A stretch of 64,000 bases of DNA from the NCBI GenBank assembly GCA_044376115.1, contig JBILLK010000026.1, positions 32,001 to 96,000 on the forward strand, read 5' to 3'. Under the pieces are notes generated by a model. That model did not search any database, was not told the DNA's origin, and saw only the letters and a list, made by a program, of their open reading frames with translations. Shown here piece after piece: positions 25,811 through 34,916 of this stretch. Origin of the DNA: Polyangiaceae bacterium. Lineage in GTDB: Bacteria; Myxococcota_A; Polyangia; Polyangiales; Polyangiaceae. A program made the translations under genes and the position numbers. Position 1 is the stretch's first letter. The number at the start of each line of letters is the position of its first letter.

Positions 25811-26144
25811 GCGACGTAACCCAGAGGAGCTGCGATAAGCGCTGCGAACTAAGCCAGGGGAGCTGCGGCAGCCTGCCGGCGTTACTTCGCTACAAGCCCG
25901 TGGGTGTGGGTGCTCTGCGACGTAACCCTGGGGAGCTGCGCTAGCCTACCGGCGTTACTTCGCAAAAACGCTCGCACCTCGCTGCGGCTGGCTTATCGGC
26001 ACCGCAAAAACGGCCAATATCCTAGTAGGCAGGCACGTCCACGCCTGCCGGATGCGGTCGTAAGCCCGGTGGATGCGAATTAACGCACAGGGGCTAGCGC
26101 AGCTCCCCTGGCTTAGTTCGCAATGCGACCCAGCGGGCGGCTCA
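25811..26144. repeat. Repeat family A, copy 2, including a 280-bp segment with perfect 25-bp terminal inverted repeats
   Basis: Colinear with copy 1 at an offset of 1170. TGCGAACTAAGCCAGGGGAGCTGCG (25843-25867) is the exact reverse complement of 26098-26122. Confidence 0.9.
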
Positions 26145-26183
26145 AGGAGCCGACCGCCGCTAGCCTTACCCGACATGCAGCAC

Positions 26184-26309
26184 GCGGAGCTGCTTGGGGA
26201 TGGGCCGTCGAATTGGACGTTTTGCTCAATTGAGTAGGGGATCCACAGGGGATCGACCTGCGAATTCAACAATATGGTGATTTCGACGACCGATCCTCGC
26301 AGCTCCCGC
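26184..26309. repeat. Repeat family C, copy 1 (long imperfect hairpin)
   Basis: GGGGATGGGCCGTCGAATTGGACGTTTTG...GAATTCAACAA...TTCGACGACCGATCCTC; homologous to 62208-62313. Confidence 0.7.
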
Positions 26310-26324
26310 ATCCGCCAACCACGC

Positions 26325-26798
26325 TCATGGCTGACACCCGACGAGTGTTTGGCACGCGGGCTCACTGAGGTTCTCGAGGCAGTAGTTGGTGAGGCATTCC
26401 TCGACCGCCGTTGCGTCGGCGGCGCACTGGTCGTCGCAAATGGACGGAGCGCTATTGAGGCAGTCGTAATAGGTAATGAAGGACGCCGAGCAGGCGGTCA
26501 CTTGCAGTGCAGCGTCACAACATCCGGCGCAATCGGCGAACGGAGCGCAGGCGCTGGCCGTCGCTTCATCGCAGCCATCCACACACTGCTGAAGGCTGAT
26601 CCCAACTCCACCGCCGGTGCTGGGTGAACCGCCGCTGCTTGGTGAGCCGCCGGTGCCAGGCGAACCGCCGCTACTCGGTGCACCGCCGCTGCTCGGTGCA
26701 CCGCCACTGGCAGCGCCGCCGCTGCCCCCTGAACCGTCATCCCCACACGCAGCGAGCAGCCCCATCGCGAAGACAACCTGAAGCAAGCATCTCGTCAT
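26325..26798 (-). CDS. Small Cys-rich lipoprotein with Gly/Ser linker
   Basis: Lipobox LAAC, SSGG repeats, Cys-rich C-terminal domain; GGAGG upstream. Confidence 0.8.
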   Translation of the reverse strand: MTRCLLQVVFAMGLLAACGDDGSGGSGGAASGGAPSSGGAPSSGGSPGTGGSPSSGGSPSTGGGVGISLQQCVDGCDEATASACAPFADCAGCCDAALQVTACSASFITYYDCLNSAPSICDDQCAADATAVEECLTNYCLENLSEPACQTLVGCQP

Positions 26799-26864
26799 CG
26801 TTTCCTCCGGAGGTTCATCTACGCGTCGTAGATGCTCCGGCGATGGCAGCCGCGTTTCGACGCG

Positions 26865-27653
26865 TTACGGGCCGGTTGGGCCGCCCATGCCACCCGGTCC
26901 GGTCGAGCCGTTCGGTCCTCCCGGTCCTCCAGGACCACCAAGGCCACCGCAAACGCCCAAGCCGAAGGGCGTCAGCTCGCACGGCTCTCCATCGCAATCA
27001 GCGTCTTGCTCACACACCTGCAGTGGAGGCCCCATGGCCGAGGGACACTCGCCGTCGAAGCACTCACTGCCAATGGCACCCGCCCCGAACGCGACGCAGC
27101 AAACCTGACCGACCTCACAGTTGCCGCTGCTCGAGCAAGCGACAGCGGCTCCCGCACACGTACCAAGTGGCGCGCATGACGTTGACCCGCCGCCCATCAC
27201 ATTCACGCAGCACTCCTCGGCACGCGCGTCACACTCGAGGTCGCCGCACACGATCGTCGGGTCGACAGGCCCACCGCCGGAGCCGCTCGGCGAGCCGCCG
27301 GAGCCGCTCGGCGAGCCGCCGGAGCTGCTCGGCGAGCCGCCGGAGCCGCTCGTTGAACCGCCGCTATTGCTCGTCGAACCGCCGCTGCTCGACGTACCAC
27401 CGCCTGTCGCACTCGAAGCCCCGTTGCCCGAGCTCGTGTTTGTACCGCCGGAGCCCGTCGTCGCGCCCGACCCCGAGGTCGGTGACGAGCCAGTCGAGCT
27501 TGCACCGCCGCTCGGGTTTGCGCCGGAGGTCGAGCCCCCGCCGCCGGTCGCGTCGGCACTAAGACCGCCGAGAGAGCCCAATTCATCGGCCAGCTCGACA
27601 CGGCCACCACACGCCCACGAAGACACAACGATCAGTAGGAATTTACTTCGCAT
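26865..27653 (-). CDS. Gly/Ser-rich, Cys-rich probable lipoprotein
   Basis: SSWACGG lipobox-like sequence, GGSPSGS repeats, IVCGDLEC...CC domain and GGP-rich tail. Confidence 0.75.
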   Translation of the reverse strand: MRSKFLLIVVSSWACGGRVELADELGSLGGLSADATGGGGSTSGANPSGGASSTGSSPTSGSGATTGSGGTNTSSGNGASSATGGGTSSSGGSTSNSGGSTSGSGGSPSSSGGSPSGSGGSPSGSGGGPVDPTIVCGDLECDARAEECCVNVMGGGSTSCAPLGTCAGAAVACSSSGNCEVGQVCCVAFGAGAIGSECFDGECPSAMGPPLQVCEQDADCDGEPCELTPFGLGVCGGLGGPGGPGGPNGSTGPGGMGGPTGP

Positions 27654-27791
27654 CCGTCAAGCAGAGCGGCCCCAGCGTGTCGGCGTCCTCTCAGTCAGAT
27701 TTCAGTTTGTTTCGATCTTTGTAACGCACTGAAACAGTCGCGCAATCGGTTGGAAATACGCGGGTTCTAAGCTCAGGAGCTGCGTAAGCCG

Positions 27792-29174
27792 ATGACGTCC
27801 AAGAGTTCGAAACCGCTCGGAGACGAAACCCTCGAGGCCCCGGGCGACGCCGCTCCGGAGGAGCTCGCTGTCGGTACCACCGTCGGTGAGTTTCGCATCA
27901 AGCGGCATATCGGCGAGGGCGGCTTCGGTGCGGTCTACGAGGCCGAGCACGTCGCCATTGGCCGCGCCGCAGCGGTGAAGGTGATCCACAAGCGCCACCT
28001 GCACACGGCGAATACGGTGGGCCGCTTCCTCGACGAAGCGAAGGCCGCAAGCTCGCTGCGCAGTCGCCACATCGTCGACGTCTTCAGCTTTGGAGCGCTG
28101 CCCGACGGCCGCCCGTTCTACGTAATGGAGCTGCTCTCCGGGGAGTCGCTCTCAACGTTGCTCGAGCGCGGGCCGATGCCGCTCGCGCGCGCGCTGCGTG
28201 TGCTCGTGCAAGTGTCACGGGCGCTCGAGATCGCACATGCGGCTGGCATCATTCACCGCGACGTGAAGCCGGACAACGTGTTCGTCACGCGTGATGAGGA
28301 CGGCGCCGATCTGGTGAAGCTGCTCGACTTCGGCTTGGCCAAGCTCACCACCGACTCGTCGCGCGGACCGCGCACACAGCCCGGCTTCCCGATGGGGACG
28401 CCGCACTACATGGCGCCAGAGCAGTGCCGCGGCCACGCTGTCGACGCGCGCACCGATCTCTATTCGTTCGGTGTGATGGCGTACGAGCTGATCGTCGGAG
28501 AGCTGCCCTTCGCCAGGGACACCGTCGCTGAGATGTTGAGCGCCCAGCTGTACGCGTCGCCCCCTGCGCCCTCCTCTCGCAGCAACGTCTTCGGCGCGGA
28601 GGTCGATCGCGCCTTCGAGCGCTTACTCGCGAAAGACCCGAAGGATCGGCCTGGGTCGGCGCGTGAGGCGATCACGATGTTGAACGAGGCGTGCTCGCGT
28701 CTCGACGCGAATGAAACCTCGCCTGCGATTGTGCTCGCGCGGCCCGCTCCACCAACGCCAGCGCCCACCCCGCTGACGCTCGTCACTCCGGCAGCACCGG
28801 CGCCCACACGGACACATTGGCCGTACGTCCTCGTGCTCATCGGCTCCGTCTGCGTGGGCGCAACGCTCGCGTTCTTCGTGCGCCGATCGGAGTCATCGAA
28901 TGATTCGCATCCGAGCCGCCTCGAGCAGCCGAGCTTCGCGGTCGACGAGGAGCGCGAAGATCCGCCTGCAACGCCTGCTCTTGCGCAGACTGCGTTCGAC
29001 CCCGTCGTGCCTGCGACGACCAGCGCCGACAGCATCCCGACGTCGTCGGCCAGCGCGACGGCGCATCCATCGACGACTTCAGCTCCGACGGGTTCGCCTC
29101 CAACGGGTTCGAAGAACCGAGGCACGCGCCCGAACCGCGCCACCCCCACCGCGCTCGAGAATCCCTTCAAGTGA
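27792..29174 (+). CDS. Hanks-type Ser/Thr protein kinase, membrane anchored
   Basis: IGEGGFGAVY, AAVKV, HRDVKPDN, DFG and GTPHYMAPE; one TM and a Pro/Ser/Thr-rich tail ending LENPFK. Confidence 0.95.
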   Translation: MTSKSSKPLGDETLEAPGDAAPEELAVGTTVGEFRIKRHIGEGGFGAVYEAEHVAIGRAAAVKVIHKRHLHTANTVGRFLDEAKAASSLRSRHIVDVFSFGALPDGRPFYVMELLSGESLSTLLERGPMPLARALRVLVQVSRALEIAHAAGIIHRDVKPDNVFVTRDEDGADLVKLLDFGLAKLTTDSSRGPRTQPGFPMGTPHYMAPEQCRGHAVDARTDLYSFGVMAYELIVGELPFARDTVAEMLSAQLYASPPAPSSRSNVFGAEVDRAFERLLAKDPKDRPGSAREAITMLNEACSRLDANETSPAIVLARPAPPTPAPTPLTLVTPAAPAPTRTHWPYVLVLIGSVCVGATLAFFVRRSESSNDSHPSRLEQPSFAVDEEREDPPATPALAQTAFDPVVPATTSADSIPTSSASATAHPSTTSAPTGSPPTGSKNRGTRPNRATPTALENPFK

Positions 29175-31603
29175 AGCGTGCTCGCGACTGGTTCAGCCTC
29201 GCTCTCACGCTCCAGATCGCCTGCGCCGACCTCACGCCGCTCGAGCTCGAGGTGTGTGGTAACGGCGTTCGCGAGGCCGGGGAGGTCTGCGATTCGTTCG
29301 CCATCGGAGAAACGCCGTGTCGCCCCGCGTCGGATCAGCTGCCGTGCACCCTCGATTGCAGCAGCGCAAGCTGTCCCGCGGGCTACGCCTGCGGTGTCGA
29401 TGCAACCTGCCGACGAGCCTCCGGGAGGTTCGAGTTCTCGTCGCAGGTCCCCGCGAGCGGAAGCCTCGCCGCGGGGGATTTCGACTGCGACGGCTACGAT
29501 GCCCTGATCGTGACCGACGACCTCGCGGGCCCGTCAACCAGTGTCCCGCGACTGCTCTCGCCCTGGCCTCAACCGAGCCTCACCTCGCTCGGTTATCCGG
29601 TGTCCCAGACCACCATTCTCCCGGCCCCGAATGGACGCTGCGACGACGTGATCGGGCCATGGACGACAGCCGCGCCGCTCTCAGCACGCAGCGGACTCTT
29701 GGTCCTCGAGGGTGTGGAGCTGAGCGGACTCGTCCCGCGAGCCGAGCTCTCGCTCGGCGTAGCGGCCGCAGGAACTGTCTTCGCCGTTCGAAGGAACTCA
29801 CTAGAGACGGAGGGCTCGCCGATGTTCCTTGCGAGCGACGAAGGACAAGGTCAGCTGACGCTCGCGGATCTCACCGAGGCGCCACGCGTGGTGGCGATCG
29901 CACCGCGAGGGCCCGAGGCGCTCGCGGCGCCGCCCTTCGTCAGCCGTTTACCGGAGGCCCCATGCGAACGAGTCTTTCTCGCGTACGCCGATCCGCCCTC
30001 CGTTTGGTGGATCGATCCCTGCGACGAGAAAGGCAGTTGGCAAGACGAAGCGACGGGCGAGCTCAGCGAGCTACCGATTCGAGCAGCGCTCTCGGGTGCA
30101 ATGGCTGCCGATCTCGATGGCGATGGCGCAACCGACTTGGTCGCCTCGACCGACGATGGACGCTTTTGGTGGCGAACTCTCGACCTTGAAGCAGCTGACG
30201 CAGAGTGGCGCGAGTTCTCGCTCCAGGTCGAAGCCCCACTCATCTCCCCTGGGCGCCTCCTAGCGAGCGCTAACCCCGAGGGCGGAGAAGCGATCCTGGT
30301 GACGCAGAGGTTCTTGTTGCGCGGTACCCTCGTCGGTTCCTCCTTCGTGGGCCAGACAATCCGCTCGCGGGTACTCGGCAGTTGGAGTCAGGCGCGCGTC
30401 GACGATTTCGATGGGGACGACTTGAGCGACGTTGCGCTCGCGACGGCCGGCGCACGCGACGTGGAGTTGCTTCGTTGGGTGGCGGGAGCACAGCCGCCCA
30501 ACCCGGAGGTGATTACGACGACCGGTGTGGTCGAGCAACTCGTGGTCGGCGACTTCGACGGCGACCAGCAGGTCGACCTGACCACGCTAGAAGAAGCGAC
30601 CGCAGCCGACCTCACGAAGCGACTCGACCTCATGCTGTACCGCGGCGGCTCATACGATTTCTCCGACGGTCTGCTGGTAGGTAGCTTCGGGCTCGGAGCC
30701 CGCGCGACCAGCGCACGAGCCGACCGAGACGACTCGATCGCTGATCTGATCGTCGTGCGACCCACCGAAACGGGCTCCGAAGCGCGGGTGCTCTTCGGGG
30801 ACGGCGGAGGCATCCCGCTCTCGCCGTTGCGACTCGGAGGGACAACCACGGCCGGCGCGCTCGCGGCTCCGTTGCTCGCCACTGTGCGTGCAGGCTCGAC
30901 GCCGGAGCTGCTCGTCCTCGGCTTCGATCTCGAAACAGCTGCAGCCGGCGCTGCGCTCGGGCTCTGGCGCAGCGCGCGGCTCGAGACGGGGGCGTGGGAA
31001 CCGTTGACGAGGTTGGGCAGCCTCGAAGGCATTGCTTTCGATCTCGCTGCACGGGATCCCACCTTGGCGCTCGCAACAGATGCCAATGGCTCCACCTGGG
31101 TCTTGGGCAACGACGCTTCTGCGACCGGCAGGCTTCGAGCGACGAACGGCGGAACCGCTGCGTGGACCAACGAGTGGACCGATCGCTGGCAGCCCGAGGT
31201 CGGAGCTTTGATGCGCGGTAGCGCGCTGGCCGTGGCAAATGGCGTCGTTCAGGATCGCTTGGCGGCGCTCGCGGTTGGTAGCGACAAGGCCTCGCTCGCC
31301 CTCCTCCGCACCGACACGAGCGAGGATCCCGTCGTGCTCGATGACGCGCTCAAGGGAGAGCCGCGTGCCGTCGCCTGGCTCGCCGATGCTCAAGGTTCGA
31401 GCAGCCTGCTCGTCGCCACCAGCGCGGGGATCGAACAGCTCATGCAAGAGGAAGACGACGGTTGGTCGGGGGAGGTCGTCGTGGCGGGCGACTTCCTTTC
31501 GCTGGCGGTAGGCGATTGGGATGGTGACGGCGTTCTCGACTTAGCCGCGGCAACGAAGGGAGCGGTCGAGATCTACGAGGGCGTACCCGAGGTGCCACGG
31601 TGA
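29171..31603 (+). CDS. Lipoprotein with Cys-rich N-terminal repeat and FG-GAP/VCBS repeats
   Basis: QIAC lipobox; VCGNGVREAGEVCD; DLDGDGATDL, DFDGDDLSDV, DFDGDQQVDL and DWDGDGVLDL. Confidence 0.85.
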   Translation: MKRARDWFSLALTLQIACADLTPLELEVCGNGVREAGEVCDSFAIGETPCRPASDQLPCTLDCSSASCPAGYACGVDATCRRASGRFEFSSQVPASGSLAAGDFDCDGYDALIVTDDLAGPSTSVPRLLSPWPQPSLTSLGYPVSQTTILPAPNGRCDDVIGPWTTAAPLSARSGLLVLEGVELSGLVPRAELSLGVAAAGTVFAVRRNSLETEGSPMFLASDEGQGQLTLADLTEAPRVVAIAPRGPEALAAPPFVSRLPEAPCERVFLAYADPPSVWWIDPCDEKGSWQDEATGELSELPIRAALSGAMAADLDGDGATDLVASTDDGRFWWRTLDLEAADAEWREFSLQVEAPLISPGRLLASANPEGGEAILVTQRFLLRGTLVGSSFVGQTIRSRVLGSWSQARVDDFDGDDLSDVALATAGARDVELLRWVAGAQPPNPEVITTTGVVEQLVVGDFDGDQQVDLTTLEEATAADLTKRLDLMLYRGGSYDFSDGLLVGSFGLGARATSARADRDDSIADLIVVRPTETGSEARVLFGDGGGIPLSPLRLGGTTTAGALAAPLLATVRAGSTPELLVLGFDLETAAAGAALGLWRSARLETGAWEPLTRLGSLEGIAFDLAARDPTLALATDANGSTWVLGNDASATGRLRATNGGTAAWTNEWTDRWQPEVGALMRGSALAVANGVVQDRLAALAVGSDKASLALLRTDTSEDPVVLDDALKGEPRAVAWLADAQGSSSLLVATSAGIEQLMQEEDDGWSGEVVVAGDFLSLAVGDWDGDGVLDLAAATKGAVEIYEGVPEVPR

Positions 31604-32784
31604 AGATCGGTTGGCTTGCCTTCGTCGCGGGGCTCGTCGTCCTCATCACGAGCCTGAGCCCTGGCCTCGCGCGCGCCGAATCGGAGCGCGATCGAGCCGA
31701 AGCGAAGACGTACTTCGATGCCGGCGCGCAAGCATATGAGCGAGGTCAATTCGAAGCGGCGCTGTTGGCCTTCGAGCGATCCCAGGCGCTCGCGCCTCGC
31801 CCAGGCACGCTGTTCTCGATGGCGCAGACCGAACGGCGACAGTTCGTGATCGATCGCGACAAGCGTCGGCTCGTCCACGCCGCGGCGCTCTACCGCGAGT
31901 ACCTCACGCTCGTCCCCGAAGGAGGTCGGCGCAGCGAGGCGGCCGATGCCCTCGTCGAACTCGAGCCCATGCTGGTTGGCGCCGATGAGGGCCTCGCTCA
32001 GAGCGACCCGACAGCGATCCGGCCATCGCGACTGATGGTGACCAGCGGAACGCCCGGCGCACAAGTCTCGGTCGACGACGGCGAGCCGCAACCCGCGCCC
32101 TTCATCGGCATTCTGCCGGAGGGCGAGCACCAAATCACTGTCTCTGCCGAGGGCCACGTCAATGCGAACCGCACGGTCTCGCTGCAGCGTGGAGCCATCC
32201 TCGCGATCGATCTTTCGCTCGATCTCTCCCCGGCCTTGATTGCGGTCCGCGCACTGGACGGCACGCACGTCTACGTCGACGGGAAGCTGCTCGGCATCAC
32301 GCCGCTCAGCCCCTTCGAGGTGCAGCCAGGGCCGCACACCGTAGCCACAGCCCGACACGGCACGACCGCGTCGACCACACGCATCAACGCCCGAGCCGGC
32401 AACACCGTCCGAGTCGAGAGCGAGCTCGCGCCCTCGGGGCAGCGGGTCACCGCGTGGGTCGTGCTGTCGGCCTCGTTCGCGTCGGCGACGGCGGGAGCGA
32501 TCTTCCTCGGGCTCACGCTGTCCGAGCAATCCGCGGCGCAAGATCTTGCCGCCCTGCGCGAGACCCGCGCCCTCACCCCCGACGAAGCGAACGACTACAA
32601 CGACGCTATCGATCGCCGCGAGATCTGGCGCGCCACCTCGACCGCCGCGCTGCTCGCATCGGGCCTCGGTGGCGCCGTCAGTGGCTTACTCTTTGGCCTC
32701 GACGCACCCAACCCGAGCGACGCGCAAGGTGTTCCAAGTGTGACCGTCGGGGCCGGGTCGGTCGTAGTTACGTTCAGCTTCTAA
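31600..32784 (+). CDS. TPR + PEGA domain envelope protein
   Basis: Signal peptide; AKTYFDAGAQAYERGQFEAAL TPR-like helix pair; PEGA repeats (PGAQVSVDD, VYVDGKLLGITP); hydrophobic hairpin; ends VVVTFSF. Confidence 0.85.
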   Translation: MKIGWLAFVAGLVVLITSLSPGLARAESERDRAEAKTYFDAGAQAYERGQFEAALLAFERSQALAPRPGTLFSMAQTERRQFVIDRDKRRLVHAAALYREYLTLVPEGGRRSEAADALVELEPMLVGADEGLAQSDPTAIRPSRLMVTSGTPGAQVSVDDGEPQPAPFIGILPEGEHQITVSAEGHVNANRTVSLQRGAILAIDLSLDLSPALIAVRALDGTHVYVDGKLLGITPLSPFEVQPGPHTVATARHGTTASTTRINARAGNTVRVESELAPSGQRVTAWVVLSASFASATAGAIFLGLTLSEQSAAQDLAALRETRALTPDEANDYNDAIDRREIWRATSTAALLASGLGGAVSGLLFGLDAPNPSDAQGVPSVTVGAGSVVVTFSF

Positions 32785-32865
32785 GCGAGGCTCGAAGGGA
32801 TTGAGGCTGATGAATTGTCGAACGAGTCCAGCGCCCCTTGACCGAAGTAACGAGCTCCCGCTTCT

Positions 32866-33354
32866 ATGAGTCACGTGACGGAAACCGTTATCGGCGGGGC
32901 GGGGGAACTCAGAGCGTTCCACCTTGGGGGGCTAACAGTTGCGCGCCAGGACGGAGCGCCAGGGCCGGAAGGTGTTCGAGCCTTATTCAACCTATGCACC
33001 AAGCGGTCGATTGAGCTCGACCGCCGCATCGTCTTGCTTGTGATCGCGAGCAATCCAACGTTGCCGGGTGAACAGGAACGTCGCGAGGTTCAAAGGATTT
33101 CTCCGATGCTGGCCGACCGAGTCGACACTCTCCACATCGCCCTGTTTCAAGAGGGGCTAGGAGCCATGCTCGCGCGAAGCAGCCTTCGTGCGCTGACCAT
33201 CGCGCTGCGGTCGCGCCTGCGCGTGGTGGTCCACGGGGACCTGCGCACAGCACTCCATACCGCCTCGCTCGAAGCGCACGTCGCCTACGACGAACTCATC
33301 TCGGCGGTGCAACGCAATGCCATCCTTTCGGACGTCGAGCTGCGCATCGTCTGA
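32866..33354 (+). CDS. Hypothetical protein (small alpha/beta, possibly STAS-like)
   Basis: 162-aa ORF filling the intergenic space; the fold is only a guess. Confidence 0.6.
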   Translation: MSHVTETVIGGAGELRAFHLGGLTVARQDGAPGPEGVRALFNLCTKRSIELDRRIVLLVIASNPTLPGEQERREVQRISPMLADRVDTLHIALFQEGLGAMLARSSLRALTIALRSRLRVVVHGDLRTALHTASLEAHVAYDELISAVQRNAILSDVELRIV

Positions 33355-33476
33355 GTTTCCGTCTCGGCCGCGGCTCCCTCTCGGCCGCGATCCTTCCTAG
33401 CCCTTCACGAGTGCGGGCATGGTCTCGCGCCCTGGAAACGGCGCGTCGAGCGCGCGTTGCGTGTCTGTGCACCACC

Positions 33477-33509
33477 GGAGTCATTGCAACTTTCAGTTGC
33501 AATGACTCC
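33477..33509. promoter_or_regulatory. Perfect 14-bp inverted repeat, probable repressor operator
   Basis: GGAGTCATTGCAAC-TTTCA-GTTGCAATGACTCC, ~55 bp upstream of the dehalogenase ATG; AT-rich, with no poly-U tail. Confidence 0.7.
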
Positions 33510-33563
33510 ACGGCGAGCTATGACGTCCAAACGTCCGGTTCACGGGCGCGGAAGGACAGCGGC

Positions 33564-34820
33564 ATGAAACGACTTGGCTATGCGGGTTTGAGGGCAACTT
33601 GGTTGGTGAGCTTTACGCTCACGGCATTCGGGCTTGGAGGCTGCGAGGAAACTGCGGAGCCGACGAGCCAAGGAGGCAACGGCGGCGGCGGTGCGGGCAA
33701 CGGCGGCAACGGCGGCAACGGCGGCAGCGGCGCGGGCAACGGCGGCAGCGGTGGCAACGACGGTTCGTGTAGCCCCGACCTCGCGATTCAGACTTCGCAG
33801 TTGGGGACACCATTCGTTCGAACACCCGACGCGTGCTTCGTTGGGTTGCCCGATTGGGAGTTCGAGCCTCGTTACGTCGAGATCGACGGGCTCCGCCAGG
33901 GTTACATCGACGAGGGCCCGGCGAACGGGGAAGTCGTCCTCCTCCTTCATGGTCAGCCTACTTGGTCCTATCTCTACCGCTTCATGATTCCACCTCTTGT
34001 AGAGGCGGGTTATCGAGTGATCGCGATGGACCACATCGGCTTTGGGCGATCAGACAAGCCGACTGAACTAGATTTCTATTCGTTCCAAGGCCACACCGAG
34101 CGCCTCGAGGCCTTTCTCGACCAGTTAGACCTCGACGAGGTCACTCTTTTCGCGCAGGACTGGGGGAGCATCATCGGGTTGTACGTGGCGGCCGATAACC
34201 CTGATCGCTTCCGTCGCATCGTCATCGGAAACGGCGGACTTCCTCTCATAGAGAGCGAGATCCCTCTGCCCGCGGACATAGACGCCGCCGCGGCATCTTT
34301 CGGGGAGAACCTGGCACTCGTACCCGAACAACAGCCGGCATTCTTCGACGAGAACGGCAAGCCATTGCTTCCCGGCAGTGGCAATCCGGACGAGTTGTTT
34401 GGGGGGTGGATGGCTTACTGCCTCGAGGCTGAGGACTTCCGCGCTGGGAACTTCGTCGAGGCCATGACCTACTTCCCCCTCACGGACGAAGAGGAACGGG
34501 CGTACGACGCTCCGTTCCCAGGTCGCATCGCGATGGCCGGCGCGCGTACCTTTCCGAGTCTGCGCAACCAACTCGTTGGTCTGACCGAGTCGCGACTCGA
34601 AGTGCTAAAGACCTACCAGCGCCCGTTTCTCACTATCTTCGGCGGCAACGATCCGGGGCTTGCCGGCGACGGCGACGGACAACCCTGGATGATCGAAAAC
34701 ATCCCTGGCGCAGCGGGGCAGCCTCACGAGCGGTTGCCCAATGCGAGTCACTTCCTACAGGACGATTTAGGGCCCGAGATTGGGGCAAGCCTCGTCGCTT
34801 TCCTCGAGGCGAATCCGTGA
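33564..34820 (+). CDS. Haloalkane dehalogenase-family alpha/beta hydrolase with lipoprotein signal
   Basis: FVRTPDACF, LLHGQPTWSYLYR, GFGRSDKP, AQDWG nucleophile, AYDAPFP and ASHFLQDD; N-terminal LGGC lipobox and GGN linker. Confidence 0.9.
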   Translation: MKRLGYAGLRATWLVSFTLTAFGLGGCEETAEPTSQGGNGGGGAGNGGNGGNGGSGAGNGGSGGNDGSCSPDLAIQTSQLGTPFVRTPDACFVGLPDWEFEPRYVEIDGLRQGYIDEGPANGEVVLLLHGQPTWSYLYRFMIPPLVEAGYRVIAMDHIGFGRSDKPTELDFYSFQGHTERLEAFLDQLDLDEVTLFAQDWGSIIGLYVAADNPDRFRRIVIGNGGLPLIESEIPLPADIDAAAASFGENLALVPEQQPAFFDENGKPLLPGSGNPDELFGGWMAYCLEAEDFRAGNFVEAMTYFPLTDEEERAYDAPFPGRIAMAGARTFPSLRNQLVGLTESRLEVLKTYQRPFLTIFGGNDPGLAGDGDGQPWMIENIPGAAGQPHERLPNASHFLQDDLGPEIGASLVAFLEANP

Positions 34821-34916
34821 GCCCATAGCCTAACCTGGAGTCTCAGTGCGAGTCGCGACACACGCTGAAACACCGCGGTGATGCGGCTGAGACCTCGCTC
34901 GCGCGACGCTCCGCGG

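Noticed and set aside
25269..26144. Integron gene cassette (GNAT followed by an attC-like palindrome)
   Set aside because: No integrase nearby, and I could not identify the RYYYAAC...GTTRRRY attC ends with correct geometry. The repeats are tandem and composite.
27274..27400. 21-bp tandem repeats here and GGC/AAC repeats at ~33675-33760
   Set aside because: They encode ordinary Gly/Ser/Asn linkers of lipoproteins.
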